From: Gemmatimonadales bacterium
Lineage (GTDB): Bacteria; Gemmatimonadota; Gemmatimonadetes; Gemmatimonadales; GWC2-71-9
Length of the DNA: 49,291 nt
Assembly (NCBI GenBank): GCA_035279865.1
Contig: DATEGY010000316.1
Location: 1-49,291 of the forward strand
Reading direction: 5' to 3'
The translations under genes and the position numbers were made by a program. Under the pieces are notes generated by a model. The model was not told the origin of the DNA, made no database searches, and was given only the letters and a program-made list of their open reading frames with translations. Positions 33,010-43,167 of the stretch are shown here, in pieces; positions within the stretch are counted from its first letter, which is position 1; each line of letters begins with the position of its first letter.

Positions 33010-34703
33010 TCGGCCGGTTCGACACTCTCCGTTGGCGGATCGTCGCCGGGTTCGCCTCCCTCGCTCTGCTCCTCCTCATCGGCGCGGGTGCCGGGATCTA
33101 TTCTCTCTGGAAGATGCGGGACGCGGTTTCCCAGGAGCTGGGCCGTCTCCAGACGTCCAACCAGATCACGACCGCGGTGATGGCGTCGACCTTCGCCGAG
33201 ATCCGCGCCGCCGAGCAGTACTTGAACGAGCCGTCCGCCACCGCTGCCGCCGATTTCCACCAGAACGCGGACTCCTCCTACGCGGACGCGAAGAGTCTGA
33301 GCGGTCTCGATGGGCTCACCGTCGAAGACCGGCTGTCGGTGAACCGGGTCCAGCAGATCCAGGGACAGATCGAGGTGACCTATTCCCTCGCGCACGCGCT
33401 CGCCGACATCGGGCGTGCGCCGCAGGCCCAGCAGGAAGCGCAGGCGGCCCGCGGTCCCGCCCGCGAGCTCACGACCATCCTGCTCTCGCTGGGCGCCCGG
33501 CAGGCGGACCGCTCCCGCCAGGCCACCGACCGGCTCTCGGGACTGGCGCGGCGGATGACCTTCCTGCTCTCCGGCGTGCTCGTCCTCGCGGTGGTCGGCG
33601 GCACGCTCGTGGGCTGGGGCACGCTGACCATGGTCGAAGCCCCCCTCCGCCGGCTGGCCACCGCGGCCGAGCGCTTCGGCGCTGGAGACCTCCGGCCGCT
33701 CAGTACGGGGAAGATGCCCTCGGAGTTCGAGGTCCTGGCGGCCGCCATCCGGGACATGGGCGAGCGGCTCCGCGGCGTTGTCACCGAGGTGATCACCGAG
33801 GCGGACCGCATCGCGACCTCGGCGGGAGACCTGTCCGCCGTGAGCGAAGAGCTGGCCGCGTCGAGTGCGGAAGTCTCGACGGCCATGGTGGACATTTCGT
33901 CGGGCGCCGAGAAGCAAAGAAACGAGCTGAACGACATGGGGGCCGGACTGGCCCAGCTCAAGGCGGCCGCCAGTGAGATCACGGAGTCGGCCGAGCGCGT
34001 CACGAAGCTGGGGGAGGAGATCCGCAACGTGGCCGACCGGCACCGCCACGATGTGATGGCCGCCTCCACCGCCCTCCTCGAAGTGCGGGAGGTGGTGCAG
34101 ACCACTTCGGGTCAGGTGACCGCCCTGGCCCAGCAGAGTGCGTCGATCGACGACTTCGTGGAGCTGATCAAGCGGATTTCGTCCCAGACCAACCTCCTGG
34201 CGCTGAACGCCGCCATTGAGGCGGCGCGGGCCGGCGAGCATGGCCGGGGCTTCGCCGTGGTGGCCCAGGAGGTCCGGCAGCTCGCGGACGAGTCGGCGCG
34301 CGCCGCCGAGGACGTGGCGAAGACCACGACCGCGATCCGGAAGCGCGTGGACGAAGTGACCGTCACCATGGGAACCGGCCAGACCAAGGTCCACGGCATC
34401 GAGACCACGGCGCGGGGAGCCGCCACCGGCTTGGCGGAGATCGTGGCGGCGGTGGAGGAGGTCGAGCGGGCGGCGGCGCGGGTCCGCCATGCCGCAGGCG
34501 TCAACCGCGAGGTCACGGATCACATCGGGGAGCGGGCCCAGCAGGTCGCCTCCCGCTCGGTCAATCACGCTGCGGGAGCCCAGGAAGTCTCGGCCGCCGC
34601 CGAGGAGCAGGGCGCGTCCACGGAGGAGATGGCGGCATCCTCGGGCGGCCTGCTGCAGGCCGCCGAGAAGCTGCGCTCCCTGATGAAAGGCTTCCGGGTC
34701 TAG
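33006..34703 (+). CDS. methyl-accepting chemotaxis protein
   Basis: TM, four-helix sensor, TM, HAMP, then the signalling domain ([47 protein letters not shown]). ATGA overlap with the binding-protein gene. Confidence 0.9.
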   Translation: MIGRFDTLRWRIVAGFASLALLLLIGAGAGIYSLWKMRDAVSQELGRLQTSNQITTAVMASTFAEIRAAEQYLNEPSATAAADFHQNADSSYADAKSLSGLDGLTVEDRLSVNRVQQIQGQIEVTYSLAHALADIGRAPQAQQEAQAARGPARELTTILLSLGARQADRSRQATDRLSGLARRMTFLLSGVLVLAVVGGTLVGWGTLTMVEAPLRRLATAAERFGAGDLRPLSTGKMPSEFEVLAAAIRDMGERLRGVVTEVITEADRIATSAGDLSAVSEELAASSAEVSTAMVDISSGAEKQRNELNDMGAGLAQLKAAASEITESAERVTKLGEEIRNVADRHRHDVMAASTALLEVREVVQTTSGQVTALAQQSASIDDFVELIKRISSQTNLLALNAAIEAARAGEHGRGFAVVAQEVRQLADESARAAEDVAKTTTAIRKRVDEVTVTMGTGQTKVHGIETTARGAATGLAEIVAAVEEVERAAARVRHAAGVNREVTDHIGERAQQVASRSVNHAAGAQEVSAAAEEQGASTEEMAASSGGLLQAAEKLRSLMKGFRV

Positions 34704-34709
34704 TCCCGC

Positions 34710-37052
34710 CTACCGCCGCGGCGGGGCCGGCTTGGCCCGGACCCGTGGGCTCACCTTCCGCCGCAACGAATCGGGATACATCGGGACCACATTGATGCGC
34801 ATCGGTGCGATCGTCGTCCGGGCCGCCTGGACGCCCACGGGTGGCGCAGCTGCATTGGTGGTCGTCGCTCCCCCGAGGTACCCGGGCGCCGTCGCCGTCA
34901 CGGTGAAGGTCCCGGTGCTGTTGAAGGTCACCCCGACGGAGTCGTAGTACGAGCCTGCCGGGATCGTCAAATGCGTCGAGTCCCACACCGCATTCGGATC
35001 CGTCGTGGACACGGTCACGGTGACGGGCGACGACACCACGCCGTACCGGACTCCGAGCGTGTCTTCTGTGTAGACATACACCTGGGTTTTCACACCGCGA
35101 GAGACGCAGCACGACACCACCGGCTGAACTACTGGAGTGTTGACGGTCAGTGTCTGCACCGAGTCGAACAGGGCCACGCCGGGAGCACGAGCCGTCAAGG
35201 TGGCCGATCCCAAGCCCGTTCCCGTGATCGGGAATTGGATAAAGTCTGAGTCCTTCAGAATGGTCACGGTGGCCGGGACTGTGAAGACCGTGGGGTCGGA
35301 GCTCACCAAGCTGACCACCAGCGGGGCCCGAAGGGGCCCTGCCACCGAAAGGTAGTTGTCGGTGGTGGTCTGCCCGAGGCCGGCGGCGAAGCTGCCTCCC
35401 GCATAGACGAACAGGAAGTTCGAGTCCACCGTCACCTGGGTGACCGCGGGCGGGTAGTTCGGGGCCTTGAACGTGATGGTCGCGTTCCCCGGCCTCACGC
35501 CGGCGATGGGAGCCAGCGCGTAGAAGTTGCCGGCCGGAATGGTAATGGTCGCCGAGTCCGGCAAGGCGATGCTCGAGTCCGAGGATGAATCCCGGATCAC
35601 CAGATCACTGGCCGTGTAATGGCCCGCCCCTGTGGAGTCCGCTGCGAACACAAGCGTGGGCACCGAAGCGACGCCGTTGTACGTGGACAAGGACGAGTCC
35701 ACTACCAGCATCGGAGTCGTGATAATGACGTTCGACAAGGCATTCTGGTAACCGGCGGCATGAGCGATCAAGTTCGCCGAACCCACGTTGCTTCCGGTGA
35801 TCTGTACACAACAGCCCAGCTGGCTGCCTGCGGGAACGAGGACGCTGGTACCCGCGAGCCCGAACTTCTGCGACGCCGCGGGAGCAGCACTGTCACTCCG
35901 GCCGATCTGGACGGTCAGGTCCTTGCTCACCGGGATTCGCGTCTTCACGAAGATGCTGTAGGACACCTGCGACTTGCCCAGCAGGTACGTCGTCGTGTCG
36001 AACGAGAGCGTGAACCCGGTATCTGCGGTCGCCGTGAACGTCACCGACGGAGGCGGCCCGGCGAAAACGCCCACGATCGACGCCGTGATCGTGTCGGTCC
36101 CGATCCCCGTGCCGAGCTGGTAGGTCGCCTTCGCGAACCCGAACGAGTCGGCGACGGTCGTATCCGGGGTGACCAGGGAGCCCTGGCCGGTCTTGGCCCA
36201 CGCGACCTTCGCCTGGCCGACGGGAATCCCGTTCACGTCGGTCACCAGGGTCTGGAGCGGGAAGGGGAGAACGGCCTTGGGCGTATCGACCTGCGCGTCC
36301 CCGCCGGCGACGTAGATGAACGTCGGAGCCCCGCCACCCGTCTTCGGCACGATGTAGATCTGCGTTGAATCCAGGATGTGATTGGGCGTCTCGCCGATCA
36401 GCCACGTGGTATCCACTTTCGTGCCCGGATTGATCGGCACGAGTGTGGGCGTCAGATAGGTCTTGTAGGTGATGACACCGAGGGCGGGGTTCTGAAGCCG
36501 GAACCCCACCGGCACGCCGGTGAGCGAGCCTTCGGACGAATCACTCACGGACGCATAGAGGGCCACCGGAAGTCCGGGGACCACCGTCGAATCCTGCGGG
36601 CCGATGAAGAGCAAGCCGGCGTTGCTGCCCGGACCCACCAGCCGGGCCAGGAGGTTGGGACTCGAGTTCTTCCCCGCCGCGACCGTGATCGTGTCGGATG
36701 CGATGTACCACGTGTAACCCTGCCCCTTCACGGTGACACCCATGGCGAACAGCTGGCTCGAATGCTTGAGCGGGACCGCGAGCGTGACCACGACGGCGCC
36801 GCCGGTGTACGGCCCTCCCCCGAATGCGAAGGCGGTGTCGTAGTCCGACGCGCCGTCCAGGCTCGTCAGCGCAACGGACACGGAATCGATGGGGATCGGC
36901 GGTTGGCCCGAGGTGGTCGTCGGGTTCCGGAAGGCGCTGAGGTCGAGCCCAAGCCGGCCCTGATAACGAGGGCCGTTCAGGCTCTGGTCCGTGCACGTGA
37001 TGACCAGCAACGCGAGCGCGACGCCCGAAACGATCCTGATTGGTCGATTCAT
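34710..37052 (-). CDS. Ig-like-repeat cell-surface protein, Cys-anchored (780 aa), paralog of the giant upstream gene
   Basis: Start MNRPIRIVSGVALALLVITCTDQSLNGPRY at ATG 37052. The N-terminus parallels the 1,889-aa protein (…LNVTCTDKSVVGPQRY). Repeated modules of the type LVVSLVSSDPTVFTVPATVTI...GLGSATLTARAPG. Confidence 0.8.
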   Translation of the reverse strand: MNRPIRIVSGVALALLVITCTDQSLNGPRYQGRLGLDLSAFRNPTTTSGQPPIPIDSVSVALTSLDGASDYDTAFAFGGGPYTGGAVVVTLAVPLKHSSQLFAMGVTVKGQGYTWYIASDTITVAAGKNSSPNLLARLVGPGSNAGLLFIGPQDSTVVPGLPVALYASVSDSSEGSLTGVPVGFRLQNPALGVITYKTYLTPTLVPINPGTKVDTTWLIGETPNHILDSTQIYIVPKTGGGAPTFIYVAGGDAQVDTPKAVLPFPLQTLVTDVNGIPVGQAKVAWAKTGQGSLVTPDTTVADSFGFAKATYQLGTGIGTDTITASIVGVFAGPPPSVTFTATADTGFTLSFDTTTYLLGKSQVSYSIFVKTRIPVSKDLTVQIGRSDSAAPAASQKFGLAGTSVLVPAGSQLGCCVQITGSNVGSANLIAHAAGYQNALSNVIITTPMLVVDSSLSTYNGVASVPTLVFAADSTGAGHYTASDLVIRDSSSDSSIALPDSATITIPAGNFYALAPIAGVRPGNATITFKAPNYPPAVTQVTVDSNFLFVYAGGSFAAGLGQTTTDNYLSVAGPLRAPLVVSLVSSDPTVFTVPATVTILKDSDFIQFPITGTGLGSATLTARAPGVALFDSVQTLTVNTPVVQPVVSCCVSRGVKTQVYVYTEDTLGVRYGVVSSPVTVTVSTTDPNAVWDSTHLTIPAGSYYDSVGVTFNSTGTFTVTATAPGYLGGATTTNAAAPPVGVQAARTTIAPMRINVVPMYPDSLRRKVSPRVRAKPAPPRR

Positions 37053-37069
37053 CTTGAGCTCGATTCTTT

Positions 37070-40000
37070 CTATTGAACCACGATCGTCCCGGACATCGAC
37101 GGGCCATGCACACTGCACTGGTACGTGTATATCCCCGGCGTCGTGAAGTAGACGCCGTAGTATCCACTCGACTGCTGTGGCGAATCGCCGGGCAAAGACC
37201 CGGGTCCGCTCACCCAGTGGACCCCGTGCAGATTGAGATTAGTCGCGTCCCAGACCCAGGTCGCGTAGTGATTCACGGCCACCGTGTCGGTCCCTGGGGT
37301 GAAGCTGTTCACGTTCCCCACGCCGACCTTGATCTCCACCCCGGTGACCGTGATGCCGGGGCTCGCACCCGACTCGAATCCCGTCGCCGCGGCCGTCACG
37401 GTGAAGACTCCGGCCGTGTCGAAGGTGACCGAGGTCGTGACCTGATAGTTGCCCGCCGGGAAGGGCAGCGGGTTGGTCAGGAACGTCGCGTGCGCTCCCG
37501 CGCTGGACCCGAGGGTCACCGACGCGGGATTGATGGCCGGATGGTAGTAGCCCAGCGTGTCTTCGGACAAGATTTGCACGTTCATCGGTTGGCCCGCCAC
37601 GGCGGAGCCGAACGGCTGAATCACCCAGCGAGCCGGGGTGACCACCACACCGACCGGGGCAGCGTTCTTGAAGCCGGTCGCGACGGCGGTGATCTGGGCC
37701 GTCCCGACCCCCACTCCCTGCATGTTGAAGACGGCACTGTAGCTGTTCACTGGGATGACCACCTGCGGCGGCACCGTCAACGCGCTCGGGTTCGTCGACG
37801 ACAAGGTGACCGTCACCGGAGACTGCGCGGCGAACGGCAGGTTGACGCTCCCGGTTTCCTGCAGCCCCACGGCCACCGACGTCGGTGAGCTGGTAGTCAT
37901 CGTCGCGGTATCCACCGTGATCAACATGGTATCGGACTTGTAGCCCGGCGCGGTGAAGAACGCCTGGACCGGGCCGGAGCCCTTCTTGAGCCCGCTGAAC
38001 TTGAAGGCGCTCGCAAGGGTGTACGTGCCGGCATTGATCTGCCGGGAGGCGGAGTCCACCGTCGCCACGGTCGGGTCGGAGACCGTCGCAGTGACTGTCA
38101 CGGGCGCGCTGACGTACCGCGTGCTGTTGCTCTGGTCCGCCGCATTGACACCCACACCCGTCGGTGCTGCCCCCACCGAGAGGAACAGACTCGGCGTCGC
38201 GATCAGCTGCGGCTTGCCCACCTGCACCGTGGCCGTCGCCTGCCCATAGTTTGTCGCCCGGGCAATGAGCTGGGCGGTGCCGATCGTGTCGCCGACGATG
38301 GTGTCGACGTTCGAAATGGTCGACCCGACCGGAATAGTCAGCGTGACCGGGCTGAAGTTGAAGACGTTCGACGCACCCCCGATCGGCTGGCTGTCGGAGC
38401 GCTGGAGCGTGATCAGGAGCGGTGACCCGGTGACCGGGTTCTGGACCGTCACCTGCTCGAACGTCATCTGCCCGACGCCCGTGGTGTTCGACGTCTGGGT
38501 GAAGTTCAGGGAGGGTCCCGTCACGCTCACCTGGAACGAGTCCGCGCCGAAGCCCGGCGCAGTCGCCTTGAGATACGCGGTGCCCGGTCCGACGAAGTTG
38601 ATCCGTACGACTCCGCCGAAGTGTTGGCTGTCCACCACGGCGGTCACGGTGTCCTCAGCCGCGTTGACATGCGCCCCGCTGTCGATCGCCACCACGAGAG
38701 GATTGCTCGACGTCACCGTGTAGACCAGCGAATCCGAAGGCGACTGGTTGTAGCCCACCTTGTTGTAAACGCCCGTGAACAGGCGGTAGGGGGGCGCGGT
38801 CGTCAGCTGGCTCGCGCTCGGCTTCGCGATCTCCAGAGTGTCTCGATAGAGGTACACCGGGACCCGGCCGGACACGAACCCAGTCGCCGACGCGATCAGC
38901 GTGTCGTTGCCGATAGAGTCGACTCCGCGCAAATCGAAGTACGTCGAGTACGAAGCGCCCTTCGGAATCGTCAGTATCGCCGGGACCACCGAGTCCTTGC
39001 CCGGCACGGCGTGCGACAGCACCACCGTCAACGTGTTCGGGGCGGCGGCAGGGATGGTGACCGTGTTGGACGCGCCGGTATGGAGCCCGCGTCCGATCAG
39101 ACCACTGTAGCCGATTTGGATGCTCAACGGCGTGGGGGTCACCCGGATCACGTTGCCAGAGTCCGGTGTCGAACCGGGCGCCGTGGTGAGGATCCTCGTC
39201 GAATCAGGCGCGTTGACCCCCACCGCCACCCGCATGGTGTCGTAGTTCGAGTAGGCGGAGCCCACCGGAATGATCACCGTGCTCGAATCGAGGGTGACCA
39301 CGTTCGGCCGGGAGAGGGCCAACGTGACCGTCAGGGGAGCATTGAGGGGACGCGGGTACTGGTTCACCGAATCATAGGCCACCATCTGGACCACCGACGG
39401 GGCGCTGATGTTCACCAGCGACGTCGCGTAGCTGTACGGCCGCACATGAAGCGGATCCACCCGGAGCACCCACACCACACCGGCTGGGAGGACGTATCCC
39501 GGTTTCGTGGCTACCGTGTCGATCGTCACTGTGTCGACCCCGACGCTCACGCCCGTGATGCTCGCCAGATACCCGATGATCTGGCCCTTGGGAATGAAGA
39601 TCGTGTCAGGCGCTTGCGGTCCGGACTTGTTCGTGTGGTGCAGGACCACGGCAAACGTGTCGGTCCGGGCGTACGGGATCTGGACGTAGACCGGTTGCGG
39701 GAACGTGGTGTTCAGCGCCACGCGGCCGTCGTAAGTCGGATAGTTGTACGCGGCGGTCATGGTCGGCTTGGTGACGTGGATGATCTGGCTGTCGGGCTTG
39801 TAACCCGGCGCAGAGACCACCAGCCACGTGGAGTCCCCTCCGGCGTTCGGCTGCGCGTAGACCGAGCTCCCGATGCTGTTGGAAGACGCCCCGGCCAGGA
39901 TGGGCCCGCTGTCCACCAGGACCTTTACCACCGACGTATCGCGCGACACGATGTGCGTCATCAGGGTCGCGCTCACCGCATGCCCGTACCGCAGCGAGTC

Positions 40001-42739
40001 GGAGGCCACCGCGTACCAGTAGCCGAGCGTCGGGGTCCCAGCCACCATGCTCGTGGTCCCACCGATGACGAGCTGGGGCGTCGTCACAATGAACGGCACG
40101 GTGGTCGAGAGCCACTTGCTGGCGCTCACCGTGAGCGTCGCCGTGCCGAGTGAGGTCCCCGTGACCGTGAAGTACTGGCTGGCCTGATTCACCGGGATCG
40201 TATCGGGGTTCGGGGCGACGGTCCCGATGGCCGGCGTCACCGCGATGCTGAACGGCAGGATGTGATCCATCCCGTACGAGATCTGCGCGTAGGGCTGCTC
40301 GGTCTGGCCCAGGCCCACCATGCCCGTGTAGGGATAGGGCTGGCCGATCTGGAACGTGTCTTTCGCCACGTGCAGATACGAGAACTTCCCGACGAAGGCA
40401 CCCGAGCTCGGGACCACGGAATCAGTCCCCGTTCCGGTCCCCACGAACTGGATCGGAGCGGCCAGCTGCCCACCCGGGATGACTACCGTGGTCGGATTCG
40501 TGGTCGAGAGGCCCTTGCCGAACACGAAGGTGACGCCCAGCCCGCCCGCCGGCGCCGGGTCGGACAGGAACACCTGGCCGTTCAGGGTCTCGGCCTGGTT
40601 GAGGTAGAAGTCCTGGGTCCACGTGGTCTGGTTCACCTGCGCAAAGAAGATCGTGGACACCACGATCACGCGGAGGGTGTCGGGCTTGTAAATCCCCGCG
40701 GAATCCTGAGCGATCACGTCCACCGGGGTCAGCGTCGCCGCCTTGCCCTGCAGCGTCACAGATGCGCCCGCCCCGCCGGACCCGATGACAATCCTGGTCT
40801 GCGTGGGCAGGACCTTCGTGGTGTCCGCCGAGACGATCTGCAGCACCGTACCGGCCGCGCTGGGCACGTTCAGCGAAACCGCCACCGTCGTGTTGCCGCC
40901 GTTGCCGATCGCGAGCGTGTCGAAAGCCCAGCGCAACACCGGTGGCGGGGACGGCACGACCGAAACCAGCGTGGAATCCCGGAAGACCGTGATCGAGTCG
41001 ACCAGTGTGTCCACGGCGTAGGTGGGCCCGGCGCCGATCGCCACGCCCGTCACGACACCCGACTGGTTCACCGTCGCGACGCTCGGATTCCGGGTCAGCC
41101 AGCCGAAGACTCGGCCTGGAATCGCGTGGCCATTCTTGTCCTTCGCCGTGGCGAGAATCTGCGCCTGTCCGCCCACCCCGACCTGAATCGAGTCGGGCGG
41201 CGTGTTGACGATGCTGAACACCTTCTGGTTCACGCGGAGGGTGGCGGTGCCCGAGACCTTGTTGACGGTATCCGTCGCCTGCACCACGCCGTTCCCCGCC
41301 CCGACCAGCGTCGCCTCACCCGTCACCGCGTTCACCGTCACCACGCTGGGCACCGTGGAGGCGAACCGGATCACGGTCCCGGTCTTCAGGGTGTCCCCGA
41401 AGTTGGTGAGCACCACCCCGGTCAGATGCACGGAGTCGCCGATGGAGGTGATCACCGTGTCCGACGGCGAAAGCGCGACCTTGGCCGGCGCGCGGACGAA
41501 CAACCGCGCCGTATCGGCGTAGCCTCCCGCCGTCGCGACGATGAGCGCCGAGTCGCCCGCCAGCCCCGTGGCGAGACCCGTCGAGTCCACCGTGGCCACC
41601 GCCGTGTTGGTCGACGTCCAGACCGGTTTGACCGATGAGATGACGTTGCCGAGCGAATCCTTCAGGGTCGCCGTGAACTGGACGGTCGCGCCCTTGGCCA
41701 GGGTGTCGAGCTTCGGCGTCACGATGACCTGATGGACGAGCCCCGCCAGCACGTTCACGGTGAACGTGATCGGCGATCCGGTGAGACCGCCGGCGGCCGC
41801 CTGCACCTTCACGATGCCGAGCGACGACGGCGTGACCGTCACGCTCGAGTTGCCACCCGTATCGGAGATGACCGGCGACGGCGGCGTCAGTGTCGCCGTA
41901 CCCTGTGTCACGGTCCAGGTCACCGGCACGCCCGGCGAGCCGCCATTCAGCGCGTCCTCCACCCGCACCGTGAGCGGAGCGGCGGACGGACCGTTCACGA
42001 GCACGCTCTGGCTGTCCCCCGAGATCTTCTTCAACTGGGAGGGCGGCGGCACGATGTGGATGCGGGTGGAATCACGGAGATGCGTGGGCGTTTCGACATA
42101 AATCCACACGCTGTCGCGGATCCCCGTCGCCCCGGTGAACGTGCCGGTCGTCGACGTGGGCTGCGAAATCTTGCCCTTGGTCGTGTCTCCCGAGAGCAGG
42201 CCCACCGGAACGTTGGCGACGGCCGAGCCCCCGGAATCCACGCTGATCCGGAGGGTCACGGCCTGCCCACCCACGACCGTCGTGTCGCGCGGGGCGAGGG
42301 TCACGGTGGTGGCCCCGGCGCCCGGGCCGACGTACCGGGCCGCGAGAACGGGCGTCGCCGGAGTGGTGCTCGAGAGTTGTGTGGTGTCGGTCGCCACGTA
42401 CCAGATCGCGTTTCCGCCGTAGGCCGAGACCGTGAGCACGAAGGTCTCGGGATCCTTGTCGAGGGAGACCGTCAGATCGACCTGGAGCGAATCGGCGCGG
42501 GGCGTGGTCAGCGAGAAGATCTTGTTCAACGCGGTGGCGAGACCGGGGAGGCGCTGGAGCACCACGCGCACGCTGTCGAGCGGGATGTTGGGCATCCCGG
42601 GCTGCGCCGGGGAGGCGAAGGCGCGCAGGTTCAGCGCCGTCGTCCCGTACCGTTGCGGGCCGACGACGCTCTTGTCCGTGCACGTGACGTTCAGGAGGGC
42701 GAGGAGAACCCCGACCCCGATGCGCGATCTAAGGCGCAC
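37070..42739 (-). CDS. giant (1,889 aa) cell-surface protein: signal/Cys anchor, Big_2 Ig-like domains, many Ig-like modules, C-terminal cupredoxin domain
   Basis: At least three Big_2-type domains (e.g. GATVQFTATLKDSLGNVISSVKPVWTSTNTAVATVDSTGLATGLAGDSALIVATAGG). More than 10 modules of about 100 aa (…VTVTLSSTNPSALTVPPQVVIP…GVGTAQITAVATGF). The C-terminus ...HGVHW...PGIYTYQCSVHGPSMSGTIVVQ is a type-1 copper-site pattern. Confidence 0.9.
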   Translation of the reverse strand: MRLRSRIGVGVLLALLNVTCTDKSVVGPQRYGTTALNLRAFASPAQPGMPNIPLDSVRVVLQRLPGLATALNKIFSLTTPRADSLQVDLTVSLDKDPETFVLTVSAYGGNAIWYVATDTTQLSSTTPATPVLAARYVGPGAGATTVTLAPRDTTVVGGQAVTLRISVDSGGSAVANVPVGLLSGDTTKGKISQPTSTTGTFTGATGIRDSVWIYVETPTHLRDSTRIHIVPPPSQLKKISGDSQSVLVNGPSAAPLTVRVEDALNGGSPGVPVTWTVTQGTATLTPPSPVISDTGGNSSVTVTPSSLGIVKVQAAAGGLTGSPITFTVNVLAGLVHQVIVTPKLDTLAKGATVQFTATLKDSLGNVISSVKPVWTSTNTAVATVDSTGLATGLAGDSALIVATAGGYADTARLFVRAPAKVALSPSDTVITSIGDSVHLTGVVLTNFGDTLKTGTVIRFASTVPSVVTVNAVTGEATLVGAGNGVVQATDTVNKVSGTATLRVNQKVFSIVNTPPDSIQVGVGGQAQILATAKDKNGHAIPGRVFGWLTRNPSVATVNQSGVVTGVAIGAGPTYAVDTLVDSITVFRDSTLVSVVPSPPPVLRWAFDTLAIGNGGNTTVAVSLNVPSAAGTVLQIVSADTTKVLPTQTRIVIGSGGAGASVTLQGKAATLTPVDVIAQDSAGIYKPDTLRVIVVSTIFFAQVNQTTWTQDFYLNQAETLNGQVFLSDPAPAGGLGVTFVFGKGLSTTNPTTVVIPGGQLAAPIQFVGTGTGTDSVVPSSGAFVGKFSYLHVAKDTFQIGQPYPYTGMVGLGQTEQPYAQISYGMDHILPFSIAVTPAIGTVAPNPDTIPVNQASQYFTVTGTSLGTATLTVSASKWLSTTVPFIVTTPQLVIGGTTSMVAGTPTLGYWYAVASDSLRYGHAVSATLMTHIVSRDTSVVKVLVDSGPILAGASSNSIGSSVYAQPNAGGDSTWLVVSAPGYKPDSQIIHVTKPTMTAAYNYPTYDGRVALNTTFPQPVYVQIPYARTDTFAVVLHHTNKSGPQAPDTIFIPKGQIIGYLASITGVSVGVDTVTIDTVATKPGYVLPAGVVWVLRVDPLHVRPYSYATSLVNISAPSVVQMVAYDSVNQYPRPLNAPLTVTLALSRPNVVTLDSSTVIIPVGSAYSNYDTMRVAVGVNAPDSTRILTTAPGSTPDSGNVIRVTPTPLSIQIGYSGLIGRGLHTGASNTVTIPAAAPNTLTVVLSHAVPGKDSVVPAILTIPKGASYSTYFDLRGVDSIGNDTLIASATGFVSGRVPVYLYRDTLEIAKPSASQLTTAPPYRLFTGVYNKVGYNQSPSDSLVYTVTSSNPLVVAIDSGAHVNAAEDTVTAVVDSQHFGGVVRINFVGPGTAYLKATAPGFGADSFQVSVTGPSLNFTQTSNTTGVGQMTFEQVTVQNPVTGSPLLITLQRSDSQPIGGASNVFNFSPVTLTIPVGSTISNVDTIVGDTIGTAQLIARATNYGQATATVQVGKPQLIATPSLFLSVGAAPTGVGVNAADQSNSTRYVSAPVTVTATVSDPTVATVDSASRQINAGTYTLASAFKFSGLKKGSGPVQAFFTAPGYKSDTMLITVDTATMTTSSPTSVAVGLQETGSVNLPFAAQSPVTVTLSSTNPSALTVPPQVVIPVNSYSAVFNMQGVGVGTAQITAVATGFKNAAPVGVVVTPARWVIQPFGSAVAGQPMNVQILSEDTLGYYHPAINPASVTLGSSAGAHATFLTNPLPFPAGNYQVTTSVTFDTAGVFTVTAAATGFESGASPGITVTGVEIKVGVGNVNSFTPGTDTVAVNHYATWVWDATNLNLHGVHWVSGPGSLPGDSPQQSSGYYGVYFTTPGIYTYQCSVHGPSMSGTIVVQ

Positions 42740-42749
42740 GGTCCCCGGT

Positions 42750-43076
42750 TTAGCGGCGGGCTTTTTTCGGAGCCTTCTTGTCGGGCTTCTTTGCGGGGGG
42801 TTTCGCCTTGGGCGCGCGCGCCGCTTTACGCGTCACCTTCGACGACCCCTGCACGTCGTTCAGGACACGGTCGCCCTCTTCGGCGCCGATGAGGCCGCGC
42901 CGGACGGCGTACCGGATCAGCTCTTCCGCATCCTCGAAGGTGAACTCACCGATTCCAGCGGCGGCCCGGATGGCCCGCACCAGGGAGTCCGCAACCGGAC
43001 TCCGGAGCACACTGGCGATCCCGGGCAGGGCTTCGAGCAGCGAAGAGATTTGCGATCCGCCCAGCTCAGCGGTCAT
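42750..43076 (-). CDS. small protein with histone-H1-like Lys/Ala/Pro-rich C-terminal tail (108 aa)
   Basis: Helical N-terminal domain, then KVTRKAARAPKAKPPAKKPDKKAPKKARR. GGGAG SD. The stop lies 10 nt before the giant gene's GTG. Confidence 0.65.
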   Translation of the reverse strand: MTAELGGSQISSLLEALPGIASVLRSPVADSLVRAIRAAAGIGEFTFEDAEELIRYAVRRGLIGAEEGDRVLNDVQGSSKVTRKAARAPKAKPPAKKPDKKAPKKARR

Positions 43077-43105
43077 CGCGCTGCTCCCAGGTTGAAGGTG
43101 GCGCC

Positions 43106-43134
43106 AACCTACCGCCCGCCCCGGACACCGTCAA
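43106..43134 (-). promoter_or_regulatory. sigma70-like internal promoter candidate
   Basis: Reverse strand reads TTGACG, 17 nt, TAGGTT, about 30 nt upstream of ATG 43076, within the 91-bp gap after the OM barrel gene. Confidence 0.35.
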
Positions 43135-43167
43135 GAATTCGGTCGCCTGCCTCCCGAATGCCTGTAT

